Positions 46,401-53,880 are shown, counted from the stretch's first letter. The stretch is DNA of 64,000 nt from Ignavibacteria bacterium RIFOXYC2_FULL_35_21 (GCA_001804705.1 MHAY01000002.1:20183-84182), one strand, 5' to 3'. A program made the numbers and translations. Notes: generated by a model not told the origin, from the letters alone.

Positions 46401-48315
46401 GTGGATAAAGCCTCGAAGCGGCGGCAGGGGCTATTTCGGCAGAATAGCCGACAAAACTAATTTCATGTTTTACATTGCCGGTGACAGATCAATTCGTTTT
46501 ACATTTACTAATGACAGCAATAAAACATCAAATGTATTTACAGATAGATTTAAATTGAATTTTAATGTTTGGCAGCATGTAGCTGTTACTTATGATGGCG
46601 ATAGTATTGTGAAATTCTATGTAAATGGAAAAAATATTAACGATACATTATTCATTACTCAAAATCAACCCAGAGGATTAATAAAAAGAACTACTAATAA
46701 TCTGCTTATTTTCGGGAATAACTCTAATTATAACAGGCCATTCGATGGTGCAATTGATGAAATCAGAATGTGGAGTGTAGAGAGGACCCAACAGGAATTG
46801 ATTAAGAATATGAATACGATTCTTAATGGAGATGAGTTTGGCCTTGCAGGATATTGGCGGTTTCAGGAGGGGAAAGGTTCAGAAACAGAAGATGAAACTC
46901 AATATAATGATATTGCATCTGTTTACTCAGATTGGCGGCAGGGATGGCATAGTGGTTATATTAAATCACAGCCTGTGAGTCAGTTATTATGCCAAGGGCA
47001 GGATGCATCATTTTCAATTAATGCCGTTGGCGGAGAAAAATCATTAACGTATAAATGGTATAAGGACGAGCAGCCTTTAACAGGTGATAGCAGGGTAGTC
47101 GGTGTTGATTCAACAACTCTTGTGGTGAATAACATCATAAAAAGCGATGAAGGAAACTATTTTGTTGTAATCACCGCTATTCCGGGTAATATAAAAACAT
47201 CATCGGATACTGTAGAGTTAAAAGCTAAGGTTAATGTAACTTTACAGCGAGAAGAACCTTTAAGAGAAATAAAAGTTGATGATAGGGGAGAAATGCTTCT
47301 TTCTGTAGATGCAACAGGTGAGGCACCTATTTTTTATAAATGGTATAAAAATGATGTCCTGATACCGGGAGCCGATAATTCTTCATTCAGGAAATTTCCT
47401 TTTATAAAACAAGATGAAGGACGTTATTACTGTATGGTTTCAAACCAGTGTAATAATGTGGTTTCGGACACTTTTAATGTTAAACTTAATGCCGTATCAA
47501 TTGACACACAACCTTTGGAGCAATCGGTTTGCGAAGAACAAGATGCAACCTTTACAATATTAGTTTACGATGCAGGTAAGACATTATCATATCAATGGTA
47601 TAAAGATAATCAGCTTTTAGTCAATGGGAGCAGAATTTCAGGGATTGATTCATCAACGCTTCGAATAAATAATACTATCGAACAGGACGAAGGAAATTAT
47701 TATGCACAAATAATTGCTAATCCCGGCAATATTCAGTTGAATACAAATTCTGCATTCTTAACGATCAAGGACAGTGCATCTGTCCAAAAGAGCGATTCGA
47801 TAAGAAAAGTCAGGGTGAAAGAAGGTGATGATTTGCTATTAACTGTAGAAGCTTCAGGGGAGGCTCCGCTAAGTTATAAGTGGTATAAAGATGATGTAGA
47901 GATTCCCGGCACAGATAGTTCAACTTACTTCAAATCACCTTTCGCAAAAGAGGATGCAGGATTATACTATTGCATAGTATCGAACGAGTGCAATTCGGCT
48001 ATTTCAGATACTTTCGATGTTATTCTAAGATATACATCTGTTGATGATTATACAACTGATGAATTAATAAAAGTATATCCGAATCCTTTTAACGGTATAA
48101 CTACATTTTATCTGAGCCTTCAAATACCGCATTCAGTAAGGCTTGTGATTAATGATATTCTTGGCAATGAAGTATCGGAAATAACCAATCAGAAGTTAGA
48201 AGCGGGATTACATAGATACAATTTCAATGCTGAAGGATTATCGAGCGGAATATATTTTTATTCTCTGAATATTGAGGGTAAGAAAATAACAGGATTGTTG
48301 AATTTAATTAAATAA
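43447..48315 (+). CDS. Giant T9SS-secreted subtilisin-like (S8) peptidase with PKD, LamG and four Ig-like domains
   Basis: TTG start preceded by agggag. Signal peptide. S8 triad contexts SDTGVEWDHPDL, HGTHVSGIAAG and GTSMASPVAAG. PKD (WYWDFGDNSGNS...GTYDAKMTIT). LamG (LTIEAWIKP...FDGAIDEIRMWS). Four repeats of (Y[KQ]WYKD...DEGNY). C-terminal KVYPNPFNGITTFYLSL...GIYFYSLNIEGK sorting domain. Confidence 0.88.
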   Translation: MKNLFSLFVSIIIISTSVNLFSLTTNKIGNPPESPFNKGGNSRTISDCLRQIDNKDKEGRHLYYSDKIYIKLKKDAKAFLKTSDELQGTVNYRFGISSIDEKLLKYGVKTNKTFKQRKELLQKNKDHIQSTKQELPDLSRIYTLVLSGVTPDRDGWNKIRKVLKEFADDPNIEYAEPVPIRYLLEIPNDSLYSRQQHLPQIKADSAWDVFKGEDGTKEIIIGISDTGVEWDHPDLMRNLKQNLGEDADGDGHVIEYSENDSAWVLDPGDTNHIDDDGNGYVDDFIGWDFLTDWTSKGEGNDPWDYNSHGTHVSGIAAGVTNNDSGIASISYNVKFLPTSHSSQSYNNIYKGYEGIVYLAENGADVINCSWGGGGYSAAEAESIAYATGLGAILVIAAGNDNSDEHFYPAYYPNVISVASVGVNDRKANYSNYGIGVDIAAPGGDYGNGGGILSTLLNHSYGSYQGTSMASPVAAGCMGFLKAFHPDWSIAQLETQFFGTADNIDSMNANYINKLGAGRVNPYRSLIETNPSIPKKLRLELYRVVTNDSLSDNDGALEPGDTVNIGFVIRNYTHLLTSNSVNFTLESLDPDIEVIKNSYTGSVNPDGYSEIPPVFEVKISESAEARFAKLRLKTASDNEEIVYGSSMDFEIPISTGGVLVWEGIPMRGFSGSFIRDFLKEQGVKVTYGNVFPTTLFGYDAVFLSFGSIGSTETGASMGLTSFDDWMADVVKNYLLDGGKVYIEGTEIFGWDQRNNSELLGLFGIKSGDDGENYVILDTLEGNSSALTINMEFIGSHASMFRSIDTVIPDDNGYSSFYQPGYGTVSVQNIGFYNQKTFYSAYPIAELNDHAQPSTRYELVSRIMNFLGIPIDYTVPYFTAQPITGHAPMEISFQDKSLTTKPIDSWYWDFGDNSGNSNEKNPDWTYVNPGTYDAKMTITRNIKNYDTTKSVYIFDGESALDFNGSSGYAQVQPNTPINFFNKLTIEAWIKPRSGGRGYFGRIADKTNFMFYIAGDRSIRFTFTNDSNKTSNVFTDRFKLNFNVWQHVAVTYDGDSIVKFYVNGKNINDTLFITQNQPRGLIKRTTNNLLIFGNNSNYNRPFDGAIDEIRMWSVERTQQELIKNMNTILNGDEFGLAGYWRFQEGKGSETEDETQYNDIASVYSDWRQGWHSGYIKSQPVSQLLCQGQDASFSINAVGGEKSLTYKWYKDEQPLTGDSRVVGVDSTTLVVNNIIKSDEGNYFVVITAIPGNIKTSSDTVELKAKVNVTLQREEPLREIKVDDRGEMLLSVDATGEAPIFYKWYKNDVLIPGADNSSFRKFPFIKQDEGRYYCMVSNQCNNVVSDTFNVKLNAVSIDTQPLEQSVCEEQDATFTILVYDAGKTLSYQWYKDNQLLVNGSRISGIDSSTLRINNTIEQDEGNYYAQIIANPGNIQLNTNSAFLTIKDSASVQKSDSIRKVRVKEGDDLLLTVEASGEAPLSYKWYKDDVEIPGTDSSTYFKSPFAKEDAGLYYCIVSNECNSAISDTFDVILRYTSVDDYTTDELIKVYPNPFNGITTFYLSLQIPHSVRLVINDILGNEVSEITNQKLEAGLHRYNFNAEGLSSGIYFYSLNIEGKKITGLLNLIK
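43533..43570. repeat. Family A REP inside the S8 peptidase CDS
   Basis: aaatccccctgaatccccctttaataaagggggaaatt is the reverse-orientation equivalent of the intergenic copy at 25021-25058. It is translated as GNPPESPFNKGGN, directly after the signal peptide. Confidence 0.85.
43883..43903. repeat. Family B palindrome inside the S8 peptidase CDS
   Basis: tgtcaggagtaactcctgaca, translated as LSGVTPDR in the pro-region. Confidence 0.85.
48070..48312 (+). other. T9SS C-terminal sorting domain of the S8 peptidase
   Basis: The last ~80 aa begin KVYPNPF and end ...GIYFYSLNIEGKKITGLLNLIK. Confidence 0.8.
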
Positions 48316-48328
48316 AAAATTATTAAAG

Positions 48329-48353
48329 AACCTGCAATGTGAAATCGCAGGTT
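48329..48353. terminator. Hairpin between convergent genes (candidate bidirectional terminator)
   Basis: aacctgc / gcaggtt stem with an 11-nt loop, A-rich on the left and T-rich on the right (tattttatttatt). Confidence 0.5.
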
Positions 48354-48361
48354 TATTTTAT

Positions 48362-50470
48362 TTATTGTTTGAATAATTCCTCCACTCCCTTTGTTCTGCC
48401 TGTGTTGACTATGAGTATTTTTGAGGATTTGGGGATTGAGTCTTTCATTTGGAGGAGCAATGCGAGGCCAGCCATGCCCGAAGGCTCGAATTTTATTTTT
48501 TGTGATGATGCGATTTCAATTGCACGGTCAACATTACTTTCATCAACATTGTAGATGCCTGTCATTTGCCCAACGCAGTCGTATTCTTCTTTCAATTCAA
48601 CTATGTATTTTTTGAATGAATCGAGTGAAGGAAGAAAACTTGAGAATAATTTATCAAGCCGTGAATTAGGCTTGTTCGTAGAAGCTCCTATGAAACTGCA
48701 TTTCTTCAAAGTATTGACATCGCTGAAAAAGCGAGGGTCGTGCTTTGCAACGAATGAATTGAAGTATTCGATTTTCACTATGTTGAGGACATTGATAAAC
48801 AAATCACCGGTGCCGAAAGGAATGAAACAATAATCAGGCTTTTCACGTAGGATTTCGTAGCTCATCCAGTCGTAGTAATTGTCGTGTGTAGGGTCGAGAA
48901 CTTCGCGGTAAGTTATGTCAATTCCGTTTTGATTGCTGGTAATTTCTTTAATTTCATCTGATGTCAACAGTTTTTCGGACAAGTCGCATTGATATAGTTC
49001 GCATCCGATTTGTGTGATTGATTCTTTAATACCGTTATTCAGCCTGTTGTCAACGAGTACTTTTAATCGAGTCGGAATTTTGAAAAGATTAAATAGATGC
49101 TGGATAGCAATAGCCGCACTTCCGGAGGAGATGATGGACATCTGGGGAAGAGAGTCCTGGTTTTTGTACTTCAGGCTTTCAATCAATGACTTGTATTTAA
49201 TAACAACTTCCCAAGCCATCCTGTCTTTGTGTGTGCCTGTCGGATTTGTGCTTTCATCTTTGAGCCACATATTTGAAAAGCCGGGTATATGGATTTTGTA
49301 AGTTTCGGAAGCAGGAAACTTTGGCGTATAAAACGGCTCAGGCGGAAACTCCGGTTTATTTGGATTATTTGTTGAAGGAATTTTTATTCTCTTGTAAGTT
49401 AATTCAAGTGAAGAGCTGATTATATGCGGCTTTGTCAGCTTTGGCAATAAGGCTGTTAGCTCTTCATATTTGTTTATTTTATTGAGTAAAATTTCATAGT
49501 ATATTTTATGCTGATTTTCACGAATGATATCGAGAAGGTCATGAAGCTTTTCGATGATTTTCTTGATTTCATCAAACTCTGTACGCAGCTTTTTATAAAA
49601 TTCTTTTTCTTTTTTGTCGCTGATTAGCAGCTTATGATTTTTTTCGAGTTTTTCTATTCGCAATTTCCAATACTTAAGCAATTCCGACCTGCCGAGAGAA
49701 TCGAATAAATTAAAATCACCTTCGTAAACATCTTTGAGAAGGATGTGGAATGTGTGGCTGAGATATAAGTCCGGGTGGAACTTTGTCAGGTCAATAAGTT
49801 CCCTGAGGCAGTTCTCATTTTGAAGGAAATCACGGCTGATAATAATAAATACCTGCTCGTTTGAATCGAGGCCATTGTACAGTTCAAGCAAAGAGCCTTT
49901 GCTGAAAGTTTGTGAATTCCTGATTTCGGTTTCGACAATTATATCAAATTTATCTTTCAGGTAAGCACCAATTTTTTCGGATTCGCTCATATTATTGAGT
50001 GTCGAAGAAATAATTACTTTTAATTTTTGAGAGGGTGCTTTATAAACAGAAAAATCTTCTAATAATTTTTTTTCAAATCTTTTCTGGTCAAATCTTTTTC
50101 TTCCATGAGAAAAAAGATAGCAAATATCAATGTTGTATTCCTGAAATTGCAGGTTCTTGGCTTCTTTGTTAGTGTATAATAGGTTTCTGAAGAAAGTATT
50201 ACCCGGAACAATTTCGTAGTCGGGTAAATCCTGAATTTTAATATCGGTGTTCTGCTGTTCTTCAATTTCTTTAAGTTTATTAATAATTATTTCCCGAAGC
50301 TCTTCGTAGTTGGGTAGGTGGGCATTGAATTTTTTTGTACCGCCTTCGGATTCATATTTCTCACGGATTTTTTGCCTGAGCTTGTCCAGTTCTTCTTTGT
50401 CAACTTTAATCCAGCCGCTTTTAAGTATAATTTCCTGTTTCATTATTTCATTATTATTGATTTTACTCAA
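48362..50470 (-). CDS. Multidomain protein: unknown N-terminal domain + TIR-like domain + coiled coil + fold-type-II PLP-dependent enzyme domain
   Basis: See the domain features and finding below. TIR-like order KVIISS / DIIVETEI / GSLLELYNGL / VFIIISRDFLQNENCLRELIDL. PLP-enzyme motifs WLKDESTNPTGTHKDRMA, SSGSAAIAIQ, IPFGTGDLF. Confidence 0.6.
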   Translation of the reverse strand: MSKINNNEIMKQEIILKSGWIKVDKEELDKLRQKIREKYESEGGTKKFNAHLPNYEELREIIINKLKEIEEQQNTDIKIQDLPDYEIVPGNTFFRNLLYTNKEAKNLQFQEYNIDICYLFSHGRKRFDQKRFEKKLLEDFSVYKAPSQKLKVIISSTLNNMSESEKIGAYLKDKFDIIVETEIRNSQTFSKGSLLELYNGLDSNEQVFIIISRDFLQNENCLRELIDLTKFHPDLYLSHTFHILLKDVYEGDFNLFDSLGRSELLKYWKLRIEKLEKNHKLLISDKKEKEFYKKLRTEFDEIKKIIEKLHDLLDIIRENQHKIYYEILLNKINKYEELTALLPKLTKPHIISSSLELTYKRIKIPSTNNPNKPEFPPEPFYTPKFPASETYKIHIPGFSNMWLKDESTNPTGTHKDRMAWEVVIKYKSLIESLKYKNQDSLPQMSIISSGSAAIAIQHLFNLFKIPTRLKVLVDNRLNNGIKESITQIGCELYQCDLSEKLLTSDEIKEITSNQNGIDITYREVLDPTHDNYYDWMSYEILREKPDYCFIPFGTGDLFINVLNIVKIEYFNSFVAKHDPRFFSDVNTLKKCSFIGASTNKPNSRLDKLFSSFLPSLDSFKKYIVELKEEYDCVGQMTGIYNVDESNVDRAIEIASSQKIKFEPSGMAGLALLLQMKDSIPKSSKILIVNTGRTKGVEELFKQ
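48365..49318 (-). other. PALP (tryptophan-synthase-beta-like) PLP-dependent domain (residues ~385-702)
   Basis: NPTGTHKDR places a Lys (K415) where the family has its PLP lysine. Gly-rich phosphate-binding loop FGTGDL. Confidence 0.65.
49685..50023 (-). other. TIR-like domain (residues ~150-262)
   Basis: Motif order and spacing match bacterial TIR domains. The candidate catalytic Glu is E196. Confidence 0.5.
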
Positions 50471-50505
50471 TGTTAAAATACGGATAAGTCAAGAAATAGT
50501 TTTTT

Positions 50506-50540
50506 TTCTCCCTATATTAAAGGGAGATAAAAGAGGGATT
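50506..50540. repeat. Degenerate family A REP
   Basis: ttctccctatattaaagggagataaaagagggatt. Confidence 0.7.
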
Positions 50541-50563
50541 ATTTATAGAAAAAATTTAGAAAA

Positions 50564-50600
50564 CAAAAAAGGATTAACCTTTAGAATTAATCCTTTTTTA
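50564..50600. terminator. Bidirectional-type intrinsic terminator ending the cytochrome operon
   Basis: aaaaaa-aggattaa-(9 nt)-ttaatcct-tttttt. On the minus strand the hairpin is followed by ttttttgtttt. Confidence 0.7.
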
Positions 50601-50615
50601 AAAATTTGTGTTCAA

Positions 50616-50972
50616 CTAATAAACAACCGTAGATAAATTATGCAGCCAGTTACACAAAATATCAAGGTCTTCCTTCTTACCTTTGAAAGCTACTGGATGT
50701 TTTTTATTAATAAGCTTAACCTTTTTTTTCAGGTAATCTTTAATAATTTCTACTTCTAATGAATCACCAACGGTTGACAAATCAGTTAGCGATTTTTTAG
50801 TTGTATCACTACATTCAATAACCTGAGACTTGATGGAATGGCATCTATTGCACTTCATTTCCAAAAAGATAATACTGCCGCTTCTGACAGGATAATCCTG
50901 ACTGATAAGCAAAGAACTGAAAACAAATATTAAAATAAGTGCAACAAAAATATTTAATTTTAAAAATTTCAT
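50616..50972 (-). CDS. Small secreted monoheme c-type cytochrome
   Basis: Signal peptide and a single CNRCH (CxxCH) motif. Confidence 0.6.
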   Translation of the reverse strand: MKFLKLNIFVALILIFVFSSLLISQDYPVRSGSIIFLEMKCNRCHSIKSQVIECSDTTKKSLTDLSTVGDSLEVEIIKDYLKKKVKLINKKHPVAFKGKKEDLDILCNWLHNLSTVVY

Positions 50973-51040
50973 TTATAGATATTTTACCTATTTATATTAC
51001 ACCTACCCCAGCTCTTCCTCATAGGAAGGGATAATTAATT

Positions 51041-51075
51041 ATTCATTCGTAATTCGTAATTCATAATTCGTAATT
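51041..51075. repeat. 7-nt-period microsatellite (aattcgt/aattcat)n abutting a stop codon
   Basis: attcattcgtaattcgtaattcataattcgtaatt. Confidence 0.9.
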
Positions 51076-51445
51076 AATTATTCGGTGCTCCTTTATTAAT
51101 CCAAGCAATAATTTGGTCGGCATCACAGCTACTCAACAGGCTCCTCATTGAACCTCCCGGAATTATAGCATTTTGTAATTTGCCATTATCAACATTTGTT
51201 TTGACATTAGCATAACCATTCAAATCTACACCTCCGGCACTACCATGGCAACTAACACATTTGGATGCTAAAATATTTTGAATAGTAACCGTAAAAGTTA
51301 CATTTACTGTATCACAGCCACCGGGAGGAGGAGGTGCAACATATATTTCATCCTGTTCGCATGATATTAAGAAAGATGATATTGAAATTATTGCAACGAT
51401 TGCAAACAGGCTAAAAATTCTATAATTTTTTATTTTATTTCTCAT
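51074..51445 (-). CDS. Monoheme c-type cytochrome lipoprotein (PSCyt1-like domain)
   Basis: Lipobox FLISC and a Pro-rich linker. IQNILASKCVSCHGSAGGVDL...GGSMR...IIAWINKGA resembles the planctomycete-type cytochrome c domain. Confidence 0.6.
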   Translation of the reverse strand: MRNKIKNYRIFSLFAIVAIISISSFLISCEQDEIYVAPPPPGGCDTVNVTFTVTIQNILASKCVSCHGSAGGVDLNGYANVKTNVDNGKLQNAIIPGGSMRSLLSSCDADQIIAWINKGAPNN

Positions 51446-51495
51446 AATTTAACCTTTCGTTTGATTTGTCTTTATTTTCATAAATAAGAAAAATT

Positions 51496-52677
51496 TTAAT
51501 AAAATATATGTAATTGGAATGTCCATTCCGCCGAATAACCCGGCACCTGTTCGCTGTTGTAAATCCTGTATTCCGGAAGCAAATCAATATATGGAAGAAG
51601 ATTTACATGAGCGCCGAATACAAATTGATTAGTATAGAAAGGATGATTTTCAACTTTATATTTTGTTACACCTCTTTCTGCACGGACAAACGGCAAAACA
51701 GCATCTGTAACAGCATAAGTTACTTCAGCAAGAAAATTAAGCGTTAACCTGCTATCCTTTTTCTCAGAACGCATATATTCTGTCATCAAAGCGAGCTGTT
51801 CGGTTAATCCAATATTGAAAAATACGCTTGAAATATAATAATCATCGTTCAATAAATAAGTTCCACCAAAGAAAGTTGTAACTCCATCAATAATATTCGG
51901 AGGTGTAATAAATGCTCTTAAAACAGTTGATACGGAACCTGTGTCAACAACAGGGATAGTAGTATTTGCTTTACTTTTTGTTGTTAACTTAATCATATTT
52001 TTTGTATCAAACATACCAACCGATAGTCCAACCCAATCGAGAGCTTCGTAATCAATTTGAGCTCCGAATTCTGCATAATCACCAGGAATAAGCGGCCTGG
52101 TTTGTCCCTTCCAGATGCCTGTGACTTCTCTGATTAGCATGGTATGGTCATCATACTTAGTTCCGATAGTGGGCTGGAAGTAGCCAACACGCAGTGACGG
52201 CAACTTCTCGGATGGTTTGATATACATGCTTGCAGAATATGGATTCTGCCCTACAAATCTTTTATCGGAAGCAATGTCATAGGCAATGTTGTAAAATCCT
52301 TCGAATCCAAGCCAGTTAAATGGCTGTAAAATTATGAAAGGAGATAGTTGCATTACCATCATATCTCTACCGATAGGTGGTCCCCATCGTGCAGACTGAA
52401 GGCGGAAATCAACTCCAAATGTTGCAACCTCGTTGAAAACTGTATTTGTTTCCATTGCATCGTATAATCCCTGCAAACCAATTGTTCCCGGATTTATAAG
52501 GCTAATATCTTTTCTTGCCATCCAACCGGGCTGAGTGCGGGCTCCACCGCCCTGAGTGTTATAATGACAGCCTATGCACTTTGTACCAAAATTCTGAAGA
52601 ATAGAATACTGAGGCCTTGCATTTGCAAAAGCAATAGTTAACATTAATAAAATTGTAATTAGAAAATATTTTTTCAT
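51496..52677 (-). CDS. Cyc2-like fused monoheme cytochrome-porin (outer-membrane beta-barrel with an N-terminal CxxCH)
   Basis: Signal peptide ...AFANA. The protein's only two Cys residues form CIGCH at residues 34-38, preceded by RPQYSILQNFGTK. The remaining ~350 aa alternate hydrophobic and polar residues and end WTFQLHIFY (an OMP beta-signal-like terminus). Confidence 0.6.
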   Translation of the reverse strand: MKKYFLITILLMLTIAFANARPQYSILQNFGTKCIGCHYNTQGGGARTQPGWMARKDISLINPGTIGLQGLYDAMETNTVFNEVATFGVDFRLQSARWGPPIGRDMMVMQLSPFIILQPFNWLGFEGFYNIAYDIASDKRFVGQNPYSASMYIKPSEKLPSLRVGYFQPTIGTKYDDHTMLIREVTGIWKGQTRPLIPGDYAEFGAQIDYEALDWVGLSVGMFDTKNMIKLTTKSKANTTIPVVDTGSVSTVLRAFITPPNIIDGVTTFFGGTYLLNDDYYISSVFFNIGLTEQLALMTEYMRSEKKDSRLTLNFLAEVTYAVTDAVLPFVRAERGVTKYKVENHPFYTNQFVFGAHVNLLPYIDLLPEYRIYNSEQVPGYSAEWTFQLHIFY

Positions 52678-52779
52678 ATAATACCTTTGAAAATTGATTT
52701 ATAATTCTTTTTAAAATTAAAAAATAATTATGCAGAAAAAAAGCTCCAGCAATAATATGTTGAAGCTTTTTTATAAAAA

Positions 52780-52807
52780 GATTGTCAGGGTCTAAGCCCT
52801 GACAATC
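52780..52807 (-). terminator. Strong hairpin between the hexaheme gene and the cyc2-like gene (terminator/attenuator)
   Basis: gattgtcaggg-tctaag-ccctgacaatc (11-bp perfect stem) with a T-run on the minus strand. A second, weaker hairpin (agcttc...ggagct + T7) follows at about 52741-52772. Confidence 0.6.
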
Positions 52808-52821
52808 TTTTTTTAAGAAAA

Positions 52822-53880
52822 TTATTTGCCTAAATATTGCAAGCCGTTATTAACTAATGCTTTGATGTATGCCGGATTATGAACACCTTTACTGCGGTCT
52901 TTTGCTACGTATAAGTAATTTAAGACTACTTCGACATCAGTCGGATTGGGGAAAGCAACTTTTGCTTGGTCAGCCCTAAAATATTCACCTAATACGTTAT
53001 AACCCTCTGCTGAAACAGCAGCAGTTGTATCTAACCAACCTTTGTCAATCAATGCCTGTCTGTAGATTACAAGTTTGGGTCCAATATCATTTTGAATTGC
53101 TGCCTTACTTATTGTAGTAGAGTCGTGGCAGTTTCTACATTCGACAATCTTGGCAAGATTTGGTGGTGTCATCAAGAATGTATGTCCGCCAGCTGCAGGA
53201 TTTGATGGGTCAGAACCCATGTGGCAGGAAACGCATCCTTTCGGCAATGAAGCATGCTGGTTGATTGTTGGGTATGTATCATCACCTGTTATTTGATATG
53301 GTCCATTCATAGTAACGACATTAGCTACAACGCCATAATGTGGACCAAACCTTGAATATGTTGTTCCGCTGACTCTGCTGATTGTGTCAGGAACTGTACG
53401 TGTAAAAGGACGAGCCTGATGGCATTTCGAACATAAATTGCCATCTTTCTGGTCAATCATTGCACCAGTATGACGAAGAGCAAAACCTGCTGTGATTCTT
53501 CTTGCGAAATCAGTTGTGTCGAAATTCTTGTGAATAGTATGACATGCTTTGCAATTGATTTTTGAGGATGCTTTTGATACAGGGTCATTTTGTCCCAATG
53601 TTGCAGCTTCTGCAAAACCGTCGCCAGTATGACAGCCGCCACAAGCTAATCTGCCGGCTTCTTCTTCATAAATAACACCGGTGTTGTGCCTAGATAGGTG
53701 ATACTGATTAAATTTCAGATTCACATCATCAGCATCAGCACCATGACAAACAGCACATACAATTTCTGCAGATGGCCCTGCAGGCCCTTCGGGTCCTGTA
53801 CAAGAAATAAACATACTTGTTATTCCGAGGACTGTTAAAAGTCCGAATAACTTCCAAATTAGACTTTCAAACTTTTTCAA
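52822..53880 (-). CDS. Hexaheme c-type cytochrome lipoprotein
   Basis: Lipobox MFISC followed by a GPEGPAGPS linker. Six CxxCH motifs: CAVCH, CGGCH, CKACH, CSKCH, CVSCH, CRNCH. Confidence 0.8.
   Translation of the reverse strand: MKKFESLIWKLFGLLTVLGITSMFISCTGPEGPAGPSAEIVCAVCHGADADDVNLKFNQYHLSRHNTGVIYEEEAGRLACGGCHTGDGFAEAATLGQNDPVSKASSKINCKACHTIHKNFDTTDFARRITAGFALRHTGAMIDQKDGNLCSKCHQARPFTRTVPDTISRVSGTTYSRFGPHYGVVANVVTMNGPYQITGDDTYPTINQHASLPKGCVSCHMGSDPSNPAAGGHTFLMTPPNLAKIVECRNCHDSTTISKAAIQNDIGPKLVIYRQALIDKGWLDTTAAVSAEGYNVLGEYFRADQAKVAFPNPTDVEVVLNYLYVAKDRSKGVHNPAYIKALVNNGLQYLGK

Noticed and set aside
48362-53880. The TIR-like/PLP gene as the fifth gene of the cytochrome operon.
   Set aside because: A good hairpin with a T-run (50564-50600) separates them. 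A 145-bp spacer containing a REP element precedes the TIR-like gene. There is no functional logic linking the two.
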